Shown here: in pieces, positions 57,237-64,000 of the stretch | How positions within the stretch are numbered: the first letter of the stretch is position 1 | Layout: the number at the start of each line of letters is the position of its first letter | Source: Chloroflexota bacterium | Lineage (GTDB): Bacteria; Chloroflexota; Dehalococcoidia; Lucifugimonadales; UBA3495 | Length of the DNA stretch: 64,000 bases | Assembly: GCA_028873965.1 (NCBI GenBank) | Contig: JAPPMU010000024.1 | Span: 231,154 to 295,153 of the forward strand | Direction of reading: 5' to 3' | Translations under genes and position numbers: made by a program | The notes under the pieces: model-generated | The model's database searches: none | What the model saw: the letters and a program-made list of their open reading frames with translations, nothing else | Told to the model about the DNA's origin: nothing

Positions 57237-58097
57237 GTGCGCTATACTGCCCCTGTGGGCACCCTCTACGTCATCGGCACCCCCATCGGCAACCTGGAGG
57301 ACCTCACCCTCCGCGCCAGCCGTATCCTGTCCGCCGTGCCGCTGGTGGCTGCCGAGGACACCCGCGTCACTCGCCGCTTGCTGGCCCATCTCGACGCGCG
57401 TCCTCGTCTGCTCAGCTGTCACGAACACAACTGGAAGCGGCAACTGCCGCGCCTGCTGGACGCGCTGGCCGAGGGCGACGTTGCCCTCACCACCGACGCC
57501 GGCTCCCCCGCCGTCAGCGACCCGGGCGCGGACCTGGTGGCCGCCGTCGCCGAGGCCGGACATTCCGTGGTCAGCATCCCCGGTGTGTCGGCGGTAACTG
57601 CTACGCTGTCCGTCGCCGGTTTCCCCGCCGACCGCTTCGTCTTTCTAGGTTTCCTGCCCCGCCGTCGTTCTGAGCGCACTGCCGCGCTGCTGGAAGCCGC
57701 GCAGTCGGAGCAGACCATCGTCCTGTTCGAGGCGCCTCACCGCCTGCGGACCGCGCTGGCCGACATCACCGACGCACTCGGAGACCCGCCCATCGCGGTC
57801 TGCCGGGAATTGACCAAACTCCACGAGGAGGTCTGGCGCGGGACCGCCTCGGCTGCCCTCGACCACTTCACCGAGCCCCGCGGCGAGTTCACCATCGTCA
57901 TCGGCCCGGTCACCCTTGCCGAGCCGGAGCGCTCCGCCAGCGAAGATGAACTGCTGGAAATGGCGCGTCAGGCTCTCATGGAGCGCCGCGCTGCCGGAAC
58001 ACGCGGGCGCGACGCGGTGGCCGAGGTCGTCGCCACCACCGGCCTGCCGCGCCGCGCCGTCTATGCCCTGTGGGTTGAGACGGGCAGATCAGGCTGA
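57237..58097 (+). CDS. rsmI: 16S rRNA (cytidine1402-2'-O)-methyltransferase
   Basis: Contains GTLYVIGTPIGNLEDLTLRA...AAEDTR...DAGSPAVSDPG...IPGVSA...FEAPHRL...CRELTKLHEE, canonical RsmI motifs. Confidence 0.9.
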   Translation: MRYTAPVGTLYVIGTPIGNLEDLTLRASRILSAVPLVAAEDTRVTRRLLAHLDARPRLLSCHEHNWKRQLPRLLDALAEGDVALTTDAGSPAVSDPGADLVAAVAEAGHSVVSIPGVSAVTATLSVAGFPADRFVFLGFLPRRRSERTAALLEAAQSEQTIVLFEAPHRLRTALADITDALGDPPIAVCRELTKLHEEVWRGTASAALDHFTEPRGEFTIVIGPVTLAEPERSASEDELLEMARQALMERRAAGTRGRDAVAEVVATTGLPRRAVYALWVETGRSG

Positions 58098-58847
58098 CTC
58101 GCCGCGCAGACGCATCAGCTCTGCCTCCAGCTCGGCAGCCCTGGTCTCCGCCGCTTGCCGCGCTGCTTCTGCTGCCTGTTGGGCCGCTTCCGCCGCTTCG
58201 CGGCCGGCGCGCTCCTCGGAGCGGGTGCGCAGCCATATTCCGGTGGCCGGGTCGTAAAAGCGGAGTTGGTTGTCCTCCCAATACAGCCACAAGCCCAGGG
58301 TCGGGCTGTAGCCGTGGGGACGCCCCTGATGATCGTGGGCGATGTCAAACCGATGGTATTGACCGTCGGCGCCCAGGTACTCGCCAACCAGCGCCTCGCC
58401 GTAGAAATCGCCGCCGGTGCCGTCAAAGCGCCAATATTCGCCAAAGCCGATCTGCGCGTACAGAACGCGCTTTTCGGTGACGTCGCGCCGGGCGGTGCTT
58501 TCAGACGCGATCTCCAGCACAAAGTCCGCCGGCTTGCCAATCTCCCACACGAGATAGGTGTTGCGGTAATCCATGGACGCAAACCCCTCTGCGGTCACGT
58601 CCAGGGTCACGTGCAGGTCCGGCGAAATGAACCGGCGCGGGTTGCCCTCTTCGTAGTAGATGAACGTGTTGCCGCTCACCTCCACGTTCGGGCGGTCGCT
58701 GAAATGTTCGCGGACGGTGCCGACGATTTCGCTGAAATAGGGTTCCTGGTAACGTCCGTCCGGCAATGGCTCATCATCCGAGTCGGGATAGTGTACGTCG
58801 TCGGGAAAGCGCCAGTTTCCGACGCTGGCGGGCAGTTTGGCAGTCAT
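58089..58847 (-). CDS. Uma2 family endonuclease with C-terminal coiled coil
   Basis: Contains ISPDLHVTLDV...PADFVLEIASESTAR...GFGEYWRFD. ATG 58847 follows GAGG. Confidence 0.8.
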   Translation of the reverse strand: MTAKLPASVGNWRFPDDVHYPDSDDEPLPDGRYQEPYFSEIVGTVREHFSDRPNVEVSGNTFIYYEEGNPRRFISPDLHVTLDVTAEGFASMDYRNTYLVWEIGKPADFVLEIASESTARRDVTEKRVLYAQIGFGEYWRFDGTGGDFYGEALVGEYLGADGQYHRFDIAHDHQGRPHGYSPTLGLWLYWEDNQLRFYDPATGIWLRTRSEERAGREAAEAAQQAAEAARQAAETRAAELEAELMRLRGESA

Positions 58848-58896
58848 GGCAAGCCTCGCAACCGTGATGTTGGGTCGCAACTACCTGGCATCCTCG

Positions 58897-59697
58897 CTAG
58901 GCGCAGACCACCACCGCCTCGCCCAGGCCCTCGATCGATATTCGTCCCTCCGACGCAAACCCCAGCGCCGTCGGCGGGATCAGGCTGCCCGTGATCACCG
59001 TGTCGCCGGCCTTCAGCGGATGGTTCCGCGCCGACAGCTCGTTGGCCAGCCACACCAGCGGCTCGAAGGGATGGCCCATCACGTCCCGGCCGTAGCCCTC
59101 GCCCACCTGCTCGTGGTTGATGCTCATCACGCCCTTGCAGCCCACCAGGTCCAGGTCCCGCCAGTTGGTCACCGGATCACCCAGCACCACGCCGGAGTTC
59201 AGAATGTTCACCGCCACGCTCATCAGCGTGCGCTCCTCGGTGGTCAGGTCGGCCGGCGTCCGCATGTCCACGATCTCAAAGGCCGTGGCGATCTCGGCCA
59301 CCGCGTCGTCAATCGCCTCCCTGGTGTACGGCGCGCCCGACGCCGGCAGGTCCTTGCCCAGCGTGACGCCCACCTCCAGCTCGATGCCCAGGTTCACGTA
59401 CTCGGTGAAGTTCAGCACCACCGGCGAGCGCAGGATGGTCTTCTCAAACACGCCCCCCAACACCGGATGGTTCAACCCGGCCCGTTCTTGCATGACCGGC
59501 GTGGTGTACGCCAGCTTGTAACCCGACAGCGGCCCCCACAGGCTGGACAGCATGCAATGGAGCTCCAACTGTATGGCGTAGGCCTCGTCCAGCGTCTTGG
59601 GGAACAGGTCAGGAGGCAGGCGCTCAAAAGGCTGCACCGTCTTGTAGCTCTCGAAAATGAACTCGGCGGCCGCGCGGGCCGGTGTCGTAGTTACCAT
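58897..59697 (-). CDS. 2-keto-4-pentenoate hydratase-like (MhpD/HpcG, FAH-fold) protein
   Basis: Contains LDEAYAIQLEL...GYKLAYTTP...LGIELEVGVTLGKDL...GDTVITGSL. ATG 59697; the upstream part of the track ORF is Arg/Pro-rich noise. Confidence 0.75.
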   Translation of the reverse strand: MVTTTPARAAAEFIFESYKTVQPFERLPPDLFPKTLDEAYAIQLELHCMLSSLWGPLSGYKLAYTTPVMQERAGLNHPVLGGVFEKTILRSPVVLNFTEYVNLGIELEVGVTLGKDLPASGAPYTREAIDDAVAEIATAFEIVDMRTPADLTTEERTLMSVAVNILNSGVVLGDPVTNWRDLDLVGCKGVMSINHEQVGEGYGRDVMGHPFEPLVWLANELSARNHPLKAGDTVITGSLIPPTALGFASEGRISIEGLGEAVVVCA

Positions 59698-59878
59698 GGT
59701 GCGCCTCCTGGGCCAGATCTTGAATTTGATTTGCTCTGACGATACCCGACGGCATAATGCCTCAACCGGCTGGGCCTGCCGGGTGTGATCACCCGCACAT
59801 GATAGCAAAAGCCGCCGGCTGCCGGTTGGTCGACCCGGCGGCTGGCGGCGGATACGCTGGATTTCAGCGGTACGAGGT

Positions 59879-60085
59879 CTAGCGGGCCTCGCTGGCAGCC
59901 TCGAACCCGCAGTCGCGGTGCGTGCCGTCGCAGAAGGGCTTGTTATCCGACTGTCCGCAGCGGCAGAAGGAAACCCATTGCCCCTCGGGAATGGTGTAGT
60001 TGTTGCCGCTCTGGTCGACAATCTCGATCTCGCCGATGACCCGCAGCGGGCCGTTGCCCCGAATTTCTACCTTGACGTCCGCCAT
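59879..60085 (-). CDS. CDGSH iron-sulfur domain protein
   Basis: Contains MADVKVEIRGNGPLRVIG...FCRCGQSDNKPFCDGTH. Confidence 0.85.
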   Translation of the reverse strand: MADVKVEIRGNGPLRVIGEIEIVDQSGNNYTIPEGQWVSFCRCGQSDNKPFCDGTHRDCGFEAASEAR

Positions 60086-60230
60086 TCTGTTCCTCCTCGG
60101 TTTTGTTGACTGTCCGTTTAGCGACCGACAATCGGTCCGCCGTGCGCCCAAGTTAGAGGCAAAGGCAGCCGGCGGCATGATTATTCACCAAATCGCTACC
60201 ACGGTCAATTATGCGCCGCTTTTGACCCTG

Positions 60231-60383
60231 CCTTTTCAAAGCCTTGGATACATGGTATTTCACCCAGCAACGTCATTCCGGCGAAAGCCGGAATCCAGAG
60301 AGCACACAACAAGGCTAACTTCCTTGTGCAATACTTTTCTGGGTTCCTGCTTTCGCAGGAACGACGGTGAGACTTTCAAAAGG
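60231..60383. repeat. MITE-like element bounded by CCTTTTCAAAG / CTTTCAAAAGG, containing GTCATTCCGGCGAAAGCCGGAATCCAG and TTCCTGCTTTCGCAGGAACGACGG hairpins
   Basis: Termini are 10/11 inverted. The design matches the inner element at 36920-37052. Confidence 0.65.
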
Positions 60384-60393
60384 TCAACACGGC

Positions 60394-60789
60394 CTACAAG
60401 TTCACCACCAGGTTGTCCGGCGCGCGGCAGAGGATGCCCTCCTGCTCTTCGTCGTAGGGGTTCTCCTCGATATGCGGGGTGTTGGCCGGCACGAAGATGA
60501 AGTCCCCAGGCCCGGCCTCGATCCACTCCTCGAAGTTCTCGCCGAAATACACGCGGACATGTCCCTTGAGCACGTAGGCGGCGGTCTCGGCCTCCAAGTG
60601 CGTGTGCGGCGGCCCCTTCTCGCGGGGCGCGGCGGTCACCTTGCCCATCCAGATCTTCGTGGTGTCGCCCTTGCCCGGTACTACGGCCGGCAGTCGGGTC
60701 ATCCCCGGCGTCTGGATGGTCTCCGAGGCGTCGCCCACGGTGTGCACCACGTAGGGCTTCTGGCCGGTCTGCTGTTCAGTTGTCGTCAT
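60394..60789 (-). CDS. cupin domain protein
   Basis: Contains GPPHTHLEAETAAYVLKGHVRVYFGE...GDFIFVPANTPH. Confidence 0.85.
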   Translation of the reverse strand: MTTTEQQTGQKPYVVHTVGDASETIQTPGMTRLPAVVPGKGDTTKIWMGKVTAAPREKGPPHTHLEAETAAYVLKGHVRVYFGENFEEWIEAGPGDFIFVPANTPHIEENPYDEEQEGILCRAPDNLVVNL

Positions 60790-61195
60790 TGTTGTCGCTC
60801 CTTGCTTCGTCGCGCTTCATCCACCACGGCGGCCCGGGATAGTCGTCCCGCATCCCGGTGTCGCCATCCTGGATGTAGAAATCCCGTCGGTCATGATACA
60901 GCCGCGCCCGGTTCAGCACCACCTCGCTGTCGTCATCCTCGTCGTCCAGCACGGCCCTGATCGTATCGGCGTCCGACATGAACCAATACTTGTAATCGCC
61001 AACAAAGAGATAAACCGTGGGCCGGCGGAAGAAATACCCATTGAACGCCTCGCCATCGAGGATGCGCTGGCACACCGCCCGCATCAGATCCCGCTCGCTG
61101 TCCTTCTGCAACAGCACATATTCGTGGGGCCACGTATCGCGGTAGGTAACGGCTTCACGCCAAGGGGCGGCGGCGATCAGCTCGGTCAGCTTCAT
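60776..61195 (-). CDS. hypothetical protein (intact paralog of the truncated gene at 29782..29991)
   Basis: MKLTELIAAAPWREAVTYRDTWPHEYVLLQKD..., 139 aa with an acidic C-terminus. Confidence 0.6.
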   Translation of the reverse strand: MKLTELIAAAPWREAVTYRDTWPHEYVLLQKDSERDLMRAVCQRILDGEAFNGYFFRRPTVYLFVGDYKYWFMSDADTIRAVLDDEDDDSEVVLNRARLYHDRRDFYIQDGDTGMRDDYPGPPWWMKRDEARSDNNDDN

Positions 61196-62199
61196 TCTGT
61201 TGTCTCCCGGTAGTCTGGCCGCAATTCGCTCATTATCTTCTCCAATCGGGGTTGAATGGTCGATTTGAACTTGGGCAGCACATCTGACGCCCACTCCCGA
61301 AGCTCGACCAGTTTCTCACTGGAATCGCTGATGGAACCGGGGTTTTGGAGGTATATTGCCGACATCCGCTGACTATCCCGACGCCCCCAGCCAACTCCGG
61401 GCAATTCCTCTTTGATCTTCGTCCGCTGCTCATGCAGCGTATCGAAAATCTGCTTGTTGATGTCCGTGTCCCACGTGGCAATCCACAGGTACACGTCAAG
61501 GCTTGGACCGCTCCAGAAACCAACGTGATAGTCGATACCGGCAAAACCGGAAGGGAAGGTCTGGTAGTTACCAACCCGGACGTAGTCATTGTCAGTGAAT
61601 CTTGCGCGACGCAAGTCGTCAAGCAATCCCTGAAAGAAATCACGGTATCGTTGGTTTGTTTCCGTTAGATCTCCATCCTTTAGAACCGCCCATTCCGGCC
61701 CGTACTTGTCCAGGTCTACCTGGGCAAATTCCGCATGGAATCCCGGCCCAATTCCCTCGTTGCCGACCGGGCGCAAGTTACCATCGTCGTCGGGGACAAG
61801 GCGCGCTGCAACGACATGGACTTCGCCATTGCCCGCCATCACTTGGTTCAGCCAAGCGACCTGTCTCAGGTGATACATCCAGAATTGGGGCGCTACCCAA
61901 ATCAGAATGCGGGCGTCGTGATTGGCGGCGTAGCCGATAAGCCTGGCGAAATGGTCACTATCAGACGGCTCGATTTGGTTTTCGATAGCAACTTTGCCCT
62001 TGCCGGTAGCTTCCGCCAGTACGTCCAGATACCCGGCCCAACCGGACGCTTCCGTCTGAATCAGCGACAGTTCCATTCCTATCGCATCGCCCAGCAAGTG
62101 CAGGTTATCCGCCAGCCAGGGCGTGAAATCCAATGACTCATTGGGCCAGACTTGCCGCAGGCTCACGGGTTGCGGTTCGTCAGTATTCGCGTTAGTCAT
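61192..62199 (-). CDS. DUF4268-like protein with N-terminal PD-(D/E)XK-like module
   Basis: Starts MTNANTDEPQPVSLRQVWPNESLDFTPWLADNL and contains YLDVLAEATGKGKVAIENQIEPSDSDHFARLIGYAA. ATG 62199. Confidence 0.55.
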   Translation of the reverse strand: MTNANTDEPQPVSLRQVWPNESLDFTPWLADNLHLLGDAIGMELSLIQTEASGWAGYLDVLAEATGKGKVAIENQIEPSDSDHFARLIGYAANHDARILIWVAPQFWMYHLRQVAWLNQVMAGNGEVHVVAARLVPDDDGNLRPVGNEGIGPGFHAEFAQVDLDKYGPEWAVLKDGDLTETNQRYRDFFQGLLDDLRRARFTDNDYVRVGNYQTFPSGFAGIDYHVGFWSGPSLDVYLWIATWDTDINKQIFDTLHEQRTKIKEELPGVGWGRRDSQRMSAIYLQNPGSISDSSEKLVELREWASDVLPKFKSTIQPRLEKIMSELRPDYRETTE

Positions 62200-62218
62200 G
62201 GGGCATCCTCCTCGCGGG

Positions 62219-62473
62219 CTAGGCCAGCAACACGTCAAGCAATCGCGGGCACTGGCGAAAGTTGTTCCTGACCTGGTGGTCTGGTAAGTGGACACGGTAA
62301 AAGTAGCGATGAAGCACCTCGCCATGTCCGAAAAGCCGCTGTAGGTTGACGGCAGGAACCCGTGCGTCGATCGCCGGCAGTGCCTGTTTTATCTCACGGT
62401 GCGAATGCAGCGTATCCCGTATGTTCGTCGGCGCGACGAATTTGATGGCGTGCACTACAGCACCCCACATCAT
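62219..62473 (-). CDS. HEPN/PaREP1-like small protein (start uncertain)
   Basis: Contains MMWGAVVHAIKFVAPTN...HSHREIKQ. The frame stays open upstream of the first ATG. Confidence 0.3.
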   Translation of the reverse strand: MMWGAVVHAIKFVAPTNIRDTLHSHREIKQALPAIDARVPAVNLQRLFGHGEVLHRYFYRVHLPDHQVRNNFRQCPRLLDVLLA

Positions 62474-62561
62474 TTCGGCGGCAGTCAGAAGGTCATTTGG
62501 CTCAATCTCCCGCTCTGCTTTGCGTCGGCAGCGAGCGAAAGCGCATAATGATCGGGCGGGC

Positions 62562-62930
62562 TCATTCTGCCATCGCCAGCAGGTCGATTATGAACGAATG
62601 CACAACCGGCTGATAGAACACAACATCCTCCAGATCCAGCAGATCACCGTCGCTGTTCCTCTGATACTCGAGGGTAATCAGATAGGCCGCCATCAGTCCT
62701 ACCCCGGGGTCAAGCTGCTGGTCCAGGCTATCGATAAAAGGCTCCACGTCGTCGTAATCCAACGAACGCAGCTTGTGCCCACGCGCCGATGCCGCCTGCT
62801 CTATCGCGGCCTCCGTGGCCTTCCAGAAGAAAGTTGACGCCTCGCCGTGCTTGCCCCGCAGCAGGCTCAAGTCGGCCCGGTCGAGCAGGGACCGGATGTT
62901 TTCCGGTAGTAGAGCGCTTTCGATTTTCAT
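62562..62930 (-). CDS. HEPN/PaREP1-like protein
   Basis: Contains GKHGEASTFFWKATEAAIEQAASARGH, the same EK.W.A..A pattern as the genes at 45173 and 45588. Confidence 0.45.
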   Translation of the reverse strand: MKIESALLPENIRSLLDRADLSLLRGKHGEASTFFWKATEAAIEQAASARGHKLRSLDYDDVEPFIDSLDQQLDPGVGLMAAYLITLEYQRNSDGDLLDLEDVVFYQPVVHSFIIDLLAMAE

Positions 62931-62931
62931 A

Positions 62932-63756
62932 TCACTCTACTCGCTCGGCAATTGCAACGATGGCTACCGCGGAGCGCTGCGCCCGTTCCTGCTCCGCCGG
63001 CGGAATTTCGCTGCCCACGACGATAGCGCTGCATTCGTCGCCGGTGGCACGGGCCAGCGTGCGGGCGCGGCGGGCGGCGCGGTTCACGTCGGTACTGCTC
63101 ACCGTAACGCTGATTTCGACGACCGCATAGGCGCGCTGCCCCGCCGCGTCTTGTCCGACAATGATGATGTCAGCGTCCATCAGATCCTCATACTCATCAT
63201 CGTTGATGGAATCAGCGTCGTTCAACAGCCACACGAACTCGTTAACCGTTTCGCCCCAATCGGTATGCAGCACCTGCACTGGCGACAGACCGATGCTGCG
63301 GCTGGGTCGGCGGAGAATTATCCTGGCAACGCGGCGCTCATAGCGCGTGCAGGTAAGGTTGCCCACGCGGCTGTTGGTTTCCGTGAGGGTTCTGGACATG
63401 GCATCGAGGCGGTCGACCACTTCGTCGGTACGGGCAGCCAGTTGGTCAGTATGGGCAGCCAGTTGGTCAGTATGGGCAGCCAGTTGGTCAGTTCGGGCTA
63501 CCAACACTGCCAGCGACTCTTTGATGCTCGCGATTTCGGCGTCCTGAGCATCCTGCCTTTCTCGGATGGCGTTGAGCTCCCGCTCTATGCGCTCGTGGAC
63601 AGCAGTGAACTCGGCCGCTTGCTGCTCAAGGCTCTGGCGCACTGTGTCGGCAATTTCGGGCAACCATTGCTTGATGCGCTCCAAATCTTCCGCGTGGAGC
63701 GCCAGCGTCGCCTGCATCGCGGCGATTTCATCCTGGGGCGATTGCGTGGTGGACAT
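62932..63756 (-). CDS. coiled-coil protein with C-terminal nuclease-like domain
   Basis: N-terminal heptad region containing TDQLAAH x3. The C-terminus is related to the 47038..47559 product. Confidence 0.6.
   Translation of the reverse strand: MSTTQSPQDEIAAMQATLALHAEDLERIKQWLPEIADTVRQSLEQQAAEFTAVHERIERELNAIRERQDAQDAEIASIKESLAVLVARTDQLAAHTDQLAAHTDQLAARTDEVVDRLDAMSRTLTETNSRVGNLTCTRYERRVARIILRRPSRSIGLSPVQVLHTDWGETVNEFVWLLNDADSINDDEYEDLMDADIIIVGQDAAGQRAYAVVEISVTVSSTDVNRAARRARTLARATGDECSAIVVGSEIPPAEQERAQRSAVAIVAIAERVE
63432..63494. repeat. 21-bp in-frame tandem repeat x3 (GGGCAGCCAGTTGGTCAGTAT)
   Basis: Units at 63432, 63453 and 63474; the third ends in TC. On the minus strand they encode TDQLAAH/TDQLAAH/TDQLAAR. 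Confidence 0.9.
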
Positions 63757-63845
63757 CGGGTTTCACTCTTTCGGTGACAATAGAAAGGAACGCCGGGGCA
63801 TATCATTATACGCCCCGGCGTTCTAATAACTGTGGAGTTGAACGT

Positions 63846-64000
63846 CTATCCGCCGTTCTGCTCCCACAGCGCTTCCAGCACCGCGCCGGGGTTCATGGGC
63901 AGGTTCTGCATCCGCACGCCCGTCGCGTCGTGGATGGCGTTGGCGATGGCCGCCATGGGCGGGACGATGGGCACCTCGCCCACGCCGCGCACGCCGTAGG
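63846..64000 (-). CDS. xanthine dehydrogenase family molybdopterin-binding subunit, C-terminal end (partial; not in supplied track)
   Basis: Own translation: ...YGVRGVGEVPIVPPMAAIANAIHDATGVRMQNLPMNPGAVLEALWEQNGG then stop (TAG at 63848-63846). This is the typical CoxL/XdhB C-terminus. Confidence 0.75.
   Translation of the reverse strand, partial: YGVRGVGEVPIVPPMAAIANAIHDATGVRMQNLPMNPGAVLEALWEQNGG

Overview
High-GC bacterial chromosomal segment. The many Uma2/DUF820, LLM-oxidoreductase and PaREP1-like genes suggest a Chloroflexota-like organism, but that is a low-confidence guess.

Layout:
- 1.47-11.2 kb: a complete type I-E CRISPR-Cas operon on the plus strand (cas3, cse1, cse2, cas7e, cas5e, cas6e, cas1, cas2).
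- 11.2-20.5 kb: a very large CRISPR array with 140 full repeats plus one truncated 28-nt repeat (GGTTCCCCCGCACGCGCGGGGATAGACC) and a strict 61-bp period.
- 20.5-29.8 kb: decayed mobile DNA. It holds an IS21 istA stub, a frameshifted IS110, serine-recombinase fragments, one intact large serine recombinase, and the gene it disrupted.
- 30-64 kb: housekeeping and accessory genes. These include DUF1015, class V aminotransferase, two LLM oxidoreductases, GMC oxidoreductase, amidase, FAH, a TPP enzyme and rsmI. They are interspersed with seven Uma2 endonuclease genes, a higBA module, HEPN/PaREP1-like pairs, a frameshifted AbiTii-like gene and MITE-like palindromic repeats.

Most notable observations:
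1. An antisense mini-CRISPR (degenerate repeat, 33-nt spacer, repeat) lies in the cas3-cse1 intergenic region. Its spacer has a seed-matched, AA-flanked partial target 38 bp away in a divergent promoter region, which is CreR/CreA-like architecture.
2. Cse2/Cas11 carries an N-terminal HNH nuclease domain, and cas3 is still present.
3. A 689-bp phage-like segment sits inside the array in place of a spacer. It is followed by two repeats that share a private variant.
4. One 33-bp spacer is present in both orientations, and several spacers are duplicated or overlap.

Everything is based on reading and translating the sequence by eye. No database searches were run, so family assignments rest on motifs recalled from memory.
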